From the NCBI GenBank assembly GCA_023132435.1, contig JAGLYF010000190.1:1-58234 (forward strand): 58,234 nt of DNA, given 5' to 3'. This document shows, piece by piece, positions 18,975 through 28,721 of the stretch; within the stretch, counting starts at the first letter, position 1, and each line of letters begins with the position of its first letter. The DNA is from Calditrichia bacterium (GTDB lineage: Bacteria > Calditrichota > Calditrichia > JAJRVZ01). The position numbers were made by a program, and so were the translations under genes. Below the pieces are notes generated by a model, which was not told the origin of the DNA, did not search any database, and saw nothing but the letters and a program-made list of their open reading frames with translations.

Positions 18975-19054
18975 AGCCTAATCTGAATTGGCAAAGTGAA
19001 TCATATTTTAATATTAAGTCAGGTGGTAGATTTGCAATTTAATGGATTTTAATC

Positions 19055-21610
19055 ATGATCGGTGAGTCTGTTTCGCATTATCAAATTTTGGAGAAATTAG
19101 GTGGCGGGGGTATGGGCGTGGTGTATAAAGCCTACGATACACGCTTAAAAAGACAGGTCGCTCTCAAGTTCTTATCATCTGAATTGTGTCACAATGAGGA
19201 TGCGAAAATCCGTTTTATGAGAGAAGCACAGGCTGCTTCTGCACTGGATCATCCCAATATTTGCAATGTCCACGAAATTGACCAAACAGAAGATGGACAG
19301 CTTTTTATTTGCATGACCCTTTGTGAAGGCGACACCTTAAAGAAGAAAATTCAGGACGGACCTCTACCTCTGGATGAAGTAATTACCATTGCTCTCCAGA
19401 TTGCCCGCGGTCTGGCCAGAGCGCATGAAGTAGGTATATTTCACAGAGATCTCAAACCAGCCAATATCATGCTTACTGAGCAGGGGGAAGTGAAAATTGT
19501 TGATTTTGGTCTTGCCAAGTTGTCCGGTCAACAGGATTTAACAAAAGAAGGCTCTACCATAGGAACGGTGGCCTATATGTCCCCGGAACAAGCGAAGGGT
19601 CAAACATCCGATCACCGAACGGATCTATGGTCTTTTGGGGTTATTCTTTATGAACTCCTCACCGGAGACTGGCCTTTTAGAGGAGATTATGACCAGGCGG
19701 TTATCTATTCCGTTTTGAATGAGGAACCGGAAGCGATTCAAAATTTACGAAAAGATGTGCCAGTTGAACTGATCAATATTATTACGCGGTGTCTGATGAA
19801 AGATCCGAAAGACAGATACTCATCAATGGATGATATTGTCCTGATATTGCAACAACACCAGCAAGGCATCACACCTGCCAGCCGTTTATATCTCCTCGAA
19901 ACAATGGAAGGGGTAATTCAGAAATTAACAAGGTACAGACTCCCGATAATCATCGTTGTTACCCTATTTGTTATATTTGGCATATGGGAGATTTTTTTCT
20001 CTTTCAGTTCACCCAGGTATCTTGTCGTTTTACCATTCAGAGTTATTGGAAAGGAAGCCATTGATGATTTCTACCGTGATGGAATGCTCGAGATAATAAA
20101 CAGTAAACTTACCCAATTAGAGCAGTTTCAGGAAAAACTTTGGGTAATTTCAGGCAGTGAGGTTAGAAATCACAAACTTACCAGTGTTGCAGAAGCACGT
20201 GATATTGTCGGTGCAGATCTGGCAATTACTGGTAGTATAGGACAAACAGATGGTTCTTTTAGATATACGTTAAATCTTGTAGAAACAGAATCATTTATCC
20301 AACTCAAGTCAAAGGACCTGACTGTAGAAAGAAATGCAGCATCTATTGCGGAAGCGAAAATTATAGACAGTATCGTTGAGATGCTCAATCTGGAACTGGG
20401 GCAGGAATCAAGAAGTGTTCTCTATGCAGGGGGAACAAGTCTGCCAGATGCCTATGACTACTATGTTCGGGGCCGAGGCTTTCTGACACACTCCGAAGAA
20501 ATTAATAATATTGAGACAGCAATTTCCTTGTTTGAGTTGGCTCTAGCCGCTGATAGCACCTTTCTTCTTGCCTATACCGGTTTGGGTGAAGCTTATTGGA
20601 GAAAATATGACGCCACAAGAGATCCTCAATATGTAGAATTATCTAAAACATCCTGCCAGAAAGCGATGAGCCTGGAAGATCAACATGCTGAGGTAAATGT
20701 CACTTGTGGCATGATATTCAGTGGAATCGGCGAATATGAGAAAGCAGTTGACATACTTCAAAAAGCGTTATTAATAGATCCGAATAATGCAACAGCCTCC
20801 CTGGAATTAGGCCTGGCTTATTTATTACTGGGAAATCTTGAGCTATCCCGAAAAACATTTGAGACAACTGTTAAAAACCGGCCCGGATACTGGCAGGGGC
20901 ATAGCTACCTGGGTTATTTCTACTATGTAACAGGTGAATACAAAAGGGCAGTGGATCAATATCAAAAAGTAGTCGAGCTGATACCCCATAGTGATGTAGG
21001 ATACAGAAAACTGGCAGCGGTCTATTTTCAGATAGATAAACCAGAAGAGTTTATTGTAGCTTCTGAGAAGGCGATGAAGATAAAACCTTCATATAGTGTA
21101 GTTAATAATCTTGCTGTTTTTTATTACTACTCCGGCGAATACGAGAAGGCAGCAAAAATGTTCAAAGAAGTACTTGCTTATAATATTCATGATTATCTGA
21201 TTTATGGAAATATAGCAACAGCCAGTTATTTTACCGGTCAAAAGGACAGTGCAGAAGTGTATTATAAAAAAGCGGCTGAATTAGCAGAGGATGAGAGACA
21301 GATTAATCCACGGGATGACTTTATTTTGTCTAATTTAGCCGGTTATTATGCCAGACTAGATAGCACTGATAAAGCGTATCGACTGTTAGATGAAGTAAAA
21401 AACCTGGATCCGAAAAACCTTACAGTCATCTTTAATATGGGTGATGTCTATGAGCAACTTGGTGACCGGGAAACCGCACTTTTCTGGATGAAAAAAGCAA
21501 TCGAGAATGGTGCCACATTGGCTAAATTTAAATTAAATCCGGGATTAAAAGAATTGATCGCCGATCAGAGATTTAAGGAAATTCTCAGTCAGGTAGAATC
21601 TTTAGATTAA
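19055..21610 (+). CDS. Hanks-type Ser/Thr protein kinase with TM segment and C-terminal TPR repeats, copy 1
   Basis: GGGGMGVVYKA...HRDLKPANIM...DFGLAK...YMSPEQ, then one TM segment, a VVLPF-type module and multiple TPR repeats. Confidence 0.9.
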   Translation: MIGESVSHYQILEKLGGGGMGVVYKAYDTRLKRQVALKFLSSELCHNEDAKIRFMREAQAASALDHPNICNVHEIDQTEDGQLFICMTLCEGDTLKKKIQDGPLPLDEVITIALQIARGLARAHEVGIFHRDLKPANIMLTEQGEVKIVDFGLAKLSGQQDLTKEGSTIGTVAYMSPEQAKGQTSDHRTDLWSFGVILYELLTGDWPFRGDYDQAVIYSVLNEEPEAIQNLRKDVPVELINIITRCLMKDPKDRYSSMDDIVLILQQHQQGITPASRLYLLETMEGVIQKLTRYRLPIIIVVTLFVIFGIWEIFFSFSSPRYLVVLPFRVIGKEAIDDFYRDGMLEIINSKLTQLEQFQEKLWVISGSEVRNHKLTSVAEARDIVGADLAITGSIGQTDGSFRYTLNLVETESFIQLKSKDLTVERNAASIAEAKIIDSIVEMLNLELGQESRSVLYAGGTSLPDAYDYYVRGRGFLTHSEEINNIETAISLFELALAADSTFLLAYTGLGEAYWRKYDATRDPQYVELSKTSCQKAMSLEDQHAEVNVTCGMIFSGIGEYEKAVDILQKALLIDPNNATASLELGLAYLLLGNLELSRKTFETTVKNRPGYWQGHSYLGYFYYVTGEYKRAVDQYQKVVELIPHSDVGYRKLAAVYFQIDKPEEFIVASEKAMKIKPSYSVVNNLAVFYYYSGEYEKAAKMFKEVLAYNIHDYLIYGNIATASYFTGQKDSAEVYYKKAAELAEDERQINPRDDFILSNLAGYYARLDSTDKAYRLLDEVKNLDPKNLTVIFNMGDVYEQLGDRETALFWMKKAIENGATLAKFKLNPGLKELIADQRFKEILSQVESLD

Positions 21611-21665
21611 AAAATACAAACAAGGATTTGTTTATTTAGATAATATATATATGGAGGTGATCGTT

Positions 21666-22163
21666 ATGAAATTTAGATATGTCGTTTTACTTGTTTTATT
21701 TCTCAATACCACTTTTTGTACCAGGGACAAAAATTCAGACAATGGAGTACCTGACGCTCCACCCGTTGAAGATACCGTCAGTGTCATATTAAAGTATGAC
21801 AAAGAACAACCATTGGAATCCCAATATCGCATTCGTAAAGTTAGCGTAAAACAAAAAGGCAAATTGAGATTTACCAATGATACAAAAGAAAAAGAAACCA
21901 GTGTAACATTTATCATTCCCAATGCAGATCTATTATTCGAGGATTTTAGAGGTTACTACGCTTTCTCAATCAATAATATCACCTATTTGGTGATTACTGT
22001 TGGTAAAAATGGAAAATCAAAAGTATTGAAAATTCATGATGATGCTAATCAGGGAGCGGGCGAGGTCGGCAAAATATATCCTTATTCAGCCTATTGCCAG
22101 GATGCGGGGGTTATGGCAGAGGGGGACTCTTCTCCCGTTATTATTATTAAACCCGGGAGCTGA
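21666..22163 (+). CDS. hypothetical lipoprotein
   Basis: The ATG at 21666 lies 7 nt after GGAGG. Signal peptide with a Cys (LNTTFC). No family recognised. Confidence 0.4.
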   Translation: MKFRYVVLLVLFLNTTFCTRDKNSDNGVPDAPPVEDTVSVILKYDKEQPLESQYRIRKVSVKQKGKLRFTNDTKEKETSVTFIIPNADLLFEDFRGYYAFSINNITYLVITVGKNGKSKVLKIHDDANQGAGEVGKIYPYSAYCQDAGVMAEGDSSPVIIIKPGS

Positions 22164-22241
22164 AAGTGAATAAGAATTAGACCACGGATAAGACACCTGC
22201 CTCGCAACTGGCGGGGATATAACACTCAGTACCGAAAATAA

Positions 22242-22270
22242 TTGACGCTTTTATTAAAAAAAGGTATATT
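22242..22270 (+). promoter_or_regulatory. putative sigma-70-type promoter (TTGACG-17 nt-TATATT) for STAS copy 2
   Basis: TTGACG at 22242-22247, a 17-nt spacer and TATATT at 22265-22270, about 50 nt upstream of the ATG at 22321. Confidence 0.45.
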
Positions 22271-22320
22271 TTGGCAATTAATATTTCTCAACCACTTCGA
22301 AGAAGAGGAGGATCAGCTCA

Positions 22321-22665
22321 ATGAAATTTAAAGATAAAATCGAGGATGGTATCGGCATTCTGACCCTAAAAGGTAAGTTAATGGGATATCCGGAGACTGA
22401 TGAATTACATGATGAGATGAAAAGTTTTATGGGGCAGAAAGTCAATAAAATCATTATCGATCTCAATGGTGTTAGCTGGATGAATAGTATGGGCATTGGT
22501 GCATTGATGCGTTGTCTTACAACCATACGCAATGCCGAGGGTGATCTACGCCTGGCACGGATGAGCGAAAAAGCGCGAAGTGTTTTTGTGATATCGCAGC
22601 TGATCAGTATATACAAGATTTATGAGACTGTTGAAGAAGCAATTGAGAGCTTCAAAAACGAATAG
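22321..22665 (+). CDS. STAS-domain anti-sigma-factor antagonist, copy 2
   Basis: 114 aa and a paralog of 17620-17958 (LTLKGKL...TD.LH...NKII..L...S...S.GIGA.MR.LT..R.A.GDLRLA). The acceptor region is GVSWMNSMGIGALM. Confidence 0.8.
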   Translation: MKFKDKIEDGIGILTLKGKLMGYPETDELHDEMKSFMGQKVNKIIIDLNGVSWMNSMGIGALMRCLTTIRNAEGDLRLARMSEKARSVFVISQLISIYKIYETVEEAIESFKNE

Positions 22666-22691
22666 TCTTCGATCTTATTTCGATATTTTTT

Positions 22692-22725
22692 AATCCCCAG
22701 CTATTGATAACCTGGGGATTTTTTA
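22692..22725 (+). terminator. intrinsic terminator after STAS copy 2
   Basis: Stem aatccccag / ctggggatt (22692-22700 / 22712-22720) running into TTTTTTATTT. Confidence 0.65.
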
Positions 22726-22823
22726 TTTGTGTGAATTAGAAAATTTGTTTGCCATTACAATCTGAGATAAGTAGCTTCAGATTAAAGTATCTAATATCCT
22801 TCACTTAATATTAAACCAATTTC

Positions 22824-25343
22824 ATGTCAGTAACCGGTTCAACTATTTCTCATTACAGAATCCTCGACAAACTTGGCGAGGGTGGAATGGGAATGGTCTA
22901 CAAGGCGGAAGATCTTAAATTAAAAAGAATAGTGGCCATTAAAATTCTGCCCCCATCTCTCACCAGGGATCATGAAACGCGGATGCGGTTCAGTCAGGAA
23001 GCACAGTCTGCTTCGGCGCTGGATCATCCCAATATTTGTACCATCTATGAAATTGATCAGACCGAAGATGCTCAGATCTTCATGGTCATGGCTTACTACG
23101 ATGGTCAAACGCTTGACAAGAAAATAAAAAGCGACCAGATCCCTTTTAAAGAATCTCTCGATATTTCGATTAAAATTGCCGAAGGCCTGGCAAAGGCACA
23201 TAAGCATGGTATTGTTCACCGGGATATTAAACCGGCCAATATCATGGTAACTGAGGATGGCGAGGTAAAAATTCTCGATTTTGGTCTGGCAAAATTAGCT
23301 GGTCAGGCCAACCTGACAAAAGAACATACGTCGCTGGGTACTGTTAATTACATGTCACCTGAACAGGCCCAGGGTGATTTGGCGGATGATCGAACGGATA
23401 TCTGGTCCCTGGGGGTTTTACTGTATGAGTCGATTACCGGTCAGTTTCCTTTTAGGGGTGAATATGAACAAGCTGTTATCTATAGTATCATCAATCAGGA
23501 ACCTGAACCATTAAACAAATTCAGAAAAGGTGTGTCTGCCGGCATCGAACAAATCATCCGGAAAGCATTGGCAAAAAATCCTGCCGATCGCTATCAAACT
23601 GTTCTGGATATGCTTGAAGATCTGCAAAAGGTGCGGAAAAGTGTGGAAGAGGGTACGGAAATAAAAATTCCGGGCATGAAAAGGAGTATATCTGCAAGCA
23701 GTAAGAAAATATTCGCTGGTATCGTTGGAATGGTTGTTTTGATATTCCTCCTGTATAAATTTTGGTTTGGTATAACAGACTCTGTTGAGCAGAAGTCGAT
23801 CACGGTCCTTCCTTTTGAGAATTTAAATCAGGACAATCAGAATGCCTATATTAGTGACGGGATTACAGAAGATATTACAGTTCAGCTATCAAAAATATCC
23901 GGTCTTCGGGTTATTGCCTATCGGTCAAGCAAATCATATCGCAATTCTGATAAAGATCTGTCACAGATTGGTGAGGAGTTGCAGGTGGATAATATCCTGA
24001 TTGGAAAAATTCGACAGGAAGATGATCTGATCCGAATAACTGCTCAGTTGATAGATGCCGATGTCGGTGAACAGTTGTGGGCGGAAACCTATGATCGAAA
24101 TTTGGATGCAATATTTAGTATTCAGAGTGAAGTTGCTAAGAAAATCGCTTCCGCCTTACAGGTTGTCCTCTCCAGAGCGGAAACAGAACAAATTGATAAA
24201 AAATATACTGAAAATCTTTCAGCTTATGATTATTACCTGAGGGGAAGAGATTATTATAATCGCTTGCGTTCGGAGGATAATCAAGAAGCGATCAGATTAT
24301 TTAAAAAAGCATATGAAGAGGATTCGGATTTTGCTCTCGCCTATGCCGGACTTGCAGATGCTTATGTCCAAAAAACATTACGGTTTGGCGCTGACTCCCA
24401 CTGGTTAGACTCAGCGATTGTACATTGTGATCGGGCATTAATTATCGATCCATATTTAGCCGAGGCCCATAAGGCATTGGGATTGATTTATTATGCACGC
24501 AGCTGGTTTGACAAATCCTTAAAAGCAAACCTCACAGCGATCGAACTTAATCCCAATTTTTTTATGGCCTTGCATAATCTGGGCTGGATTTATCTGAATC
24601 AGGGTGATTTAGAAAAGTCCGACAAATGGATGAATAGGGCCCGTCGTGTAGATCCAACATTTGCAACCAGTTATATCGGATCCGGGTTGATAAATTTGAT
24701 AGTCGGAGACTATCAGAGAGCAGGGCATCTTTTTCGATTTGCTTGTGAAATACAACCGGATCATAGACTTAACCCGATGATCCCCATATTCTTAATTAAA
24801 TTGTTGATGGGTGATCCTGAGGAAGCAAAAAGTGAAGCAGATAAAATTATCGGTAAAATCTCAGATGATGATGGATTGTATATCGCTGCTGGTGATGTTG
24901 CCCTGTTCTCAGGAGATCCTGCCGCTGCCGGCGAATATTATCAAAAAGCAGTTACAATTAATCCCAAAGCATGGCATCCAATTACGGGAGTGAATGCGAC
25001 TACCAGTCTGGGTTTTATTTTGTGGAAAACCAATCACCGGGTAGAAGCAGATGAGATGCTTCAATACAGTAAGAAGTTAGATGAAGAGACTCTGGAACAG
25101 GGCAGTCAATGGTGGGGTGTATCATACGATATGGCGGCTATCCAGGCGATTCGTAATAATAAGACCGAATGCTATCATTGGCTGGAAAAGGCGATAAATG
25201 ACGGATTCAGGTTTCATACATGGCTTTCCATCGATCCTCTTTTCGAAAATATGCGTGATGATCAACGGTTTAACGAGATCATTGATCAATTAGAAAAATC
25301 GGTCACGGAAATGCGATATAAAATTGAAAAAAAATCCGACTAG
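22824..25343 (+). CDS. Hanks-type Ser/Thr protein kinase with TM segment, VLPF module and TPR repeats, copy 2
   Basis: GEGGMGMVYKA...HRDIKPANIM...DFGLAK...YMSPEQ, then a TM segment, ITVLPFENLNQD...DGITEDI and TPR repeats. Confidence 0.9.
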   Translation: MSVTGSTISHYRILDKLGEGGMGMVYKAEDLKLKRIVAIKILPPSLTRDHETRMRFSQEAQSASALDHPNICTIYEIDQTEDAQIFMVMAYYDGQTLDKKIKSDQIPFKESLDISIKIAEGLAKAHKHGIVHRDIKPANIMVTEDGEVKILDFGLAKLAGQANLTKEHTSLGTVNYMSPEQAQGDLADDRTDIWSLGVLLYESITGQFPFRGEYEQAVIYSIINQEPEPLNKFRKGVSAGIEQIIRKALAKNPADRYQTVLDMLEDLQKVRKSVEEGTEIKIPGMKRSISASSKKIFAGIVGMVVLIFLLYKFWFGITDSVEQKSITVLPFENLNQDNQNAYISDGITEDITVQLSKISGLRVIAYRSSKSYRNSDKDLSQIGEELQVDNILIGKIRQEDDLIRITAQLIDADVGEQLWAETYDRNLDAIFSIQSEVAKKIASALQVVLSRAETEQIDKKYTENLSAYDYYLRGRDYYNRLRSEDNQEAIRLFKKAYEEDSDFALAYAGLADAYVQKTLRFGADSHWLDSAIVHCDRALIIDPYLAEAHKALGLIYYARSWFDKSLKANLTAIELNPNFFMALHNLGWIYLNQGDLEKSDKWMNRARRVDPTFATSYIGSGLINLIVGDYQRAGHLFRFACEIQPDHRLNPMIPIFLIKLLMGDPEEAKSEADKIIGKISDDDGLYIAAGDVALFSGDPAAAGEYYQKAVTINPKAWHPITGVNATTSLGFILWKTNHRVEADEMLQYSKKLDEETLEQGSQWWGVSYDMAAIQAIRNNKTECYHWLEKAINDGFRFHTWLSIDPLFENMRDDQRFNEIIDQLEKSVTEMRYKIEKKSD

Positions 25344-25364
25344 TTTTCCCATGTTATAAGGAAA

Positions 25365-25399
25365 AACAACCCCCTAACCCCCTTTTCTAAGGGGGAATT
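25365..25399 (+). repeat. C5/G5 hairpin core module (copy 1 of 5)
   Basis: The sequence aacaaccccctaacccccttttctaagggggaatt is the same module found at 41526 (reverse), 51701 (reverse), 51829 and 55307. Confidence 0.85.
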
Positions 25400-25487
25400 A
25401 ACTTATTGGTAATACAAGGCTTATGCACTTATTTTTTAAAAATTGTGAATTAACTAGGGTAATAAATTCAAAATTTAAAAAAGCTTT

Positions 25488-27698
25488 ATGAAAATTAGAA
25501 GTAAAAAAGCGATAGTTATTTCACTGATAGGTTTTATTCTTCTTAATTGGGTTCATGTCAGCCATGCGCAGAAAAAAAGTTTTACTTACGAACAGGTTTA
25601 TGGGAGAGCAAAATCGGCATTAATGGAAAAGGTCCCGGATTTAGTGGGTTGGCTTAATGAAGAGTACTATTTGGCCTGGATGCCCCATGAGAAAAACAAA
25701 AAAACTCATTTGATGAAAATCCACGCGGAAACCGGGGAAGCCCAGTCACTGGTTGACTTTACGCCAGTTAATGATAGATTTGTTAAGGGAAGATTTTTTG
25801 TACCCTGGGAGGCACGCACTACAGACTATAGAGGTTTTATTATCAGGTTTATAGACAATCTCTACTATTTTTCCGGAGTTGATGGATCAATTCGTCAATT
25901 GACAGATACAGAAGCAAAAGAAAAAAATCCGACTTTTTCACCCGATGGGCGTCAAATTACCTTTACCCGTGACCATGATCTTTATACAATCAGCATTGAA
26001 ACGGGCGAGGAAAGGCGTCTTACAAATGATGGAGCAGATTTGATATATAACGGATATGCGTCCTGGATATATTACGAAGAAATACTTCACCGTAGATCCA
26101 ATTATAAGGCTTTCTGGTGGGCACCCAATAGTAAGATGATTGCATTTTTGAGGTTTGATGACAGCGATGTCCCTGAATTCCCGATTTTTCACTGTGAAGG
26201 AATACGTGGATATCTTGAAGTTCAAAGATATCCTAAACCAGGCGATACCAATCCATCCGTAAAACCAGGTATTGTTCATATCGATGAGGGAAAAATAGTT
26301 TGGATTGATACAGATGAAAAGGCTGATAATTACATCGCCTGGCCTTTCTGGACACCGGATAGTAAAAAACTTTTTTTCCAATTGGTTAACAGGGGACAGG
26401 ACAAAATACAAATTTATAAGTCAGATCCATTTTCTGGCCGGAAAAAAATGATTTATGAAGAAACACAACCTTCCTGGGTAGAATTTTTTGAAGATATGTA
26501 TCTCTTTAAGGATGGACGGGGATATCTGCTTCGCAGCGATCATAGTGGGTGGCACCATCTGTATTTTTATGATATGGATGGAAACTTGATTCATCGCCTT
26601 ACAGAAGGAGAGTGGAATGTCAGTAAAATTGTCCGGGTTGATGAAAAAAATGGACATGTCTATTTTCAGGGTTTTCGGGATAATTCAACAGAAACCCATC
26701 TATTTAGGGTTGGACTAAATGGTTCCGATCTTAAAAAACTAACCCGGATCGAGGGAACTCACTCGACTAAAGTTTCTCCTGGCGGAAATTATTTTATTGA
26801 TACTTATAGTAATATTTCTCACCCTGAGAAAATCGATTTGTATGATAATAAGGGTGCCTTAATACGGACGATCGGAGATAAAAATTCAACTAAATTGGAA
26901 AGCTATGATTCAGGTAAAGTAGAATTATTCAAAATTCCCACGGTAGACGGTGTTGAGTTGCCTGCTTTATGGGTGTTACCCCCGGATTTTGATAAATCAA
27001 AGAAATATCCGGTAATTTTCCAGGTTTACGGGGGACCTGGCGGGGCTGATGTGAAAAACGAATATCGTTCCCTCTCAAATCATTATCTGGCGCAGCATGA
27101 TATCATCATCATCTCTGTTGATCATCGTGGATCTTTTCATTTTGGTAAAGTGGGTCAATCACTTATGCATAGAAATCTGGGAAAGTGGGAAATGAACGAT
27201 TTTATAGAGGCGGTAAAATGGTTAAGGGAGTTACCATTTATTGATCCGGATCGAATCGGTATTATGGGTGGCAGTTATGGTGGCTATGTGACAGCAATGG
27301 CTCTGACCTATGGAGCGGAATATTTCACCCATGGGGTAGCGCTCTATTCTGTTACTGACTGGCATTTGTATGATAATGTTTACACAGAACGGTATATGGA
27401 TATGCCTGCTGAAAATCCCGATGGGTATACATTTGGATCTGCTTTGACCCATGCGGAAAAATATCAGGGTCGTATGCTAATCCTGCATGGGGCACTTGAT
27501 GATAATGTCCATATGCAAAATACGACACAGTTAATTCAGCTCTTACAAAAATTTGATAAAAGTTTTGAATTAATGATTTATCCCAATCAAAAACATGGAA
27601 CAAGTGGTGCCTGGCGGAAACATGCAAGACGAGAAACGGTAAATTTCTGGTTCAGGCATTTTCTTGGACGGGAATTAGTGGTCGATGGAACTGAGTAA
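25488..27698 (+). CDS. dipeptidyl-peptidase IV family (S9B) serine peptidase
   Basis: Signal peptide, an N-terminal beta-propeller-like region and a C-terminal hydrolase domain with nucleophile motif GGSYGGY and the later DDNVH. Confidence 0.88.
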   Translation: MKIRSKKAIVISLIGFILLNWVHVSHAQKKSFTYEQVYGRAKSALMEKVPDLVGWLNEEYYLAWMPHEKNKKTHLMKIHAETGEAQSLVDFTPVNDRFVKGRFFVPWEARTTDYRGFIIRFIDNLYYFSGVDGSIRQLTDTEAKEKNPTFSPDGRQITFTRDHDLYTISIETGEERRLTNDGADLIYNGYASWIYYEEILHRRSNYKAFWWAPNSKMIAFLRFDDSDVPEFPIFHCEGIRGYLEVQRYPKPGDTNPSVKPGIVHIDEGKIVWIDTDEKADNYIAWPFWTPDSKKLFFQLVNRGQDKIQIYKSDPFSGRKKMIYEETQPSWVEFFEDMYLFKDGRGYLLRSDHSGWHHLYFYDMDGNLIHRLTEGEWNVSKIVRVDEKNGHVYFQGFRDNSTETHLFRVGLNGSDLKKLTRIEGTHSTKVSPGGNYFIDTYSNISHPEKIDLYDNKGALIRTIGDKNSTKLESYDSGKVELFKIPTVDGVELPALWVLPPDFDKSKKYPVIFQVYGGPGGADVKNEYRSLSNHYLAQHDIIIISVDHRGSFHFGKVGQSLMHRNLGKWEMNDFIEAVKWLRELPFIDPDRIGIMGGSYGGYVTAMALTYGAEYFTHGVALYSVTDWHLYDNVYTERYMDMPAENPDGYTFGSALTHAEKYQGRMLILHGALDDNVHMQNTTQLIQLLQKFDKSFELMIYPNQKHGTSGAWRKHARRETVNFWFRHFLGRELVVDGTE

Positions 27699-27757
27699 TT
27701 TATTTTTCTTCGTGGTTAAATAAGATTAAAAAAGCATCTAAAAGACAGGGGAGAGAA

Positions 27758-28720
27758 ATGGAAGGATTAAGAGAATCGGCAGAGATAGCCCTGCGCGACT
27801 GTATGGCATTAAAAGAAAATGAAACTCTACTGGTTTTAACCGATGATAAAACGACAGAAATAGGTACGACTCTTTTTGAAGTTGGCAAAAAGCTGGCTGG
27901 CGACTCTGTACTTCTTGTCATGCCGGAACGGGAGGTTAATGGTCAGGAGCCTCCAGACGCAATTGCGGAATTGATGACAAAATATGATGTGGTGATATGT
28001 CCAACCGCTAAATCTTTAACCCATACAGAAGCAAGACGTAATGCCTGCAAAGCAGGCGCCCGGGTAGGTACGATGCCGGGGATTACGAATGAAGTGATGA
28101 TCCGTACGCTCAAAGCTGATTATCATGGGATTGCAGAGCGCACCTATCAATTAAGCAAAATCCTTGATGAAGCTAATGGGGTACATATTACAACAGCAAA
28201 GGGAACAGATATTGTCATCCCAATTAAGGGTATAAAAGCTATTTCGTCAACCGGGCTTGTTACGGAAAAAGGATCATTTGGAAATTTGCCGAGCGGTGAG
28301 TCTTATCTGATGCCTGCTGAAGGTCAAACCAATGGTGTTTTTGTCGTTGATGGTTCATTTGCAGGTGTTGGAAAAATTAAAGATATGCCAATCACACTTA
28401 CCGCCGAAAATGGTTTTGCCACGAAAATCGAAGGTGGTAAAGAAGCGGTAAAATTAATTGAATTGCTTGAACCCATGGGCAAAAAAGCTTATAACATTGC
28501 AGAGTTAGGAATAGGCACCAATGATCAGGCAATTGTGACCGGCAAGATTCTCGAAGATGAAAAAGTGATGGGAACCATACATATCGCTCTTGGAAATAAT
28601 CTTAGCATGGGTGGAACTTGTAATGTCGGTATTCATCTGGATGGTGTTATTCTTGAACCTACGGTTAGGGTGGATGGTAACCTGATCATGGAAAATGGAA
28701 AATTGAAGATTGATGATTAA
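27758..28720 (+). CDS. aminopeptidase (M29/AmpS-like family)
   Basis: 320 aa whose blocks resemble the thermophilic aminopeptidase family (N-terminal LVLTDD..., C-terminal GTIHIALGNN...GIHLDGVI). The assignment is from memory of the family. Confidence 0.6.
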   Translation: MEGLRESAEIALRDCMALKENETLLVLTDDKTTEIGTTLFEVGKKLAGDSVLLVMPEREVNGQEPPDAIAELMTKYDVVICPTAKSLTHTEARRNACKAGARVGTMPGITNEVMIRTLKADYHGIAERTYQLSKILDEANGVHITTAKGTDIVIPIKGIKAISSTGLVTEKGSFGNLPSGESYLMPAEGQTNGVFVVDGSFAGVGKIKDMPITLTAENGFATKIEGGKEAVKLIELLEPMGKKAYNIAELGIGTNDQAIVTGKILEDEKVMGTIHIALGNNLSMGGTCNVGIHLDGVILEPTVRVDGNLIMENGKLKIDD

Positions 28721-28721
28721 A

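Noticed and set aside
18985-19005. TTGGCAaagtgaATCAT upstream of kinase-1, and TTGGTTAGAAAATTTAG at 40513 downstream of the second palindrome, could be sigma-54 promoters associated with the TGTAGAGACG palindromes.
   Set aside because: Both lack the GC dinucleotide of the -12 element at the correct spacing. Only the site at 28884 fits the consensus.
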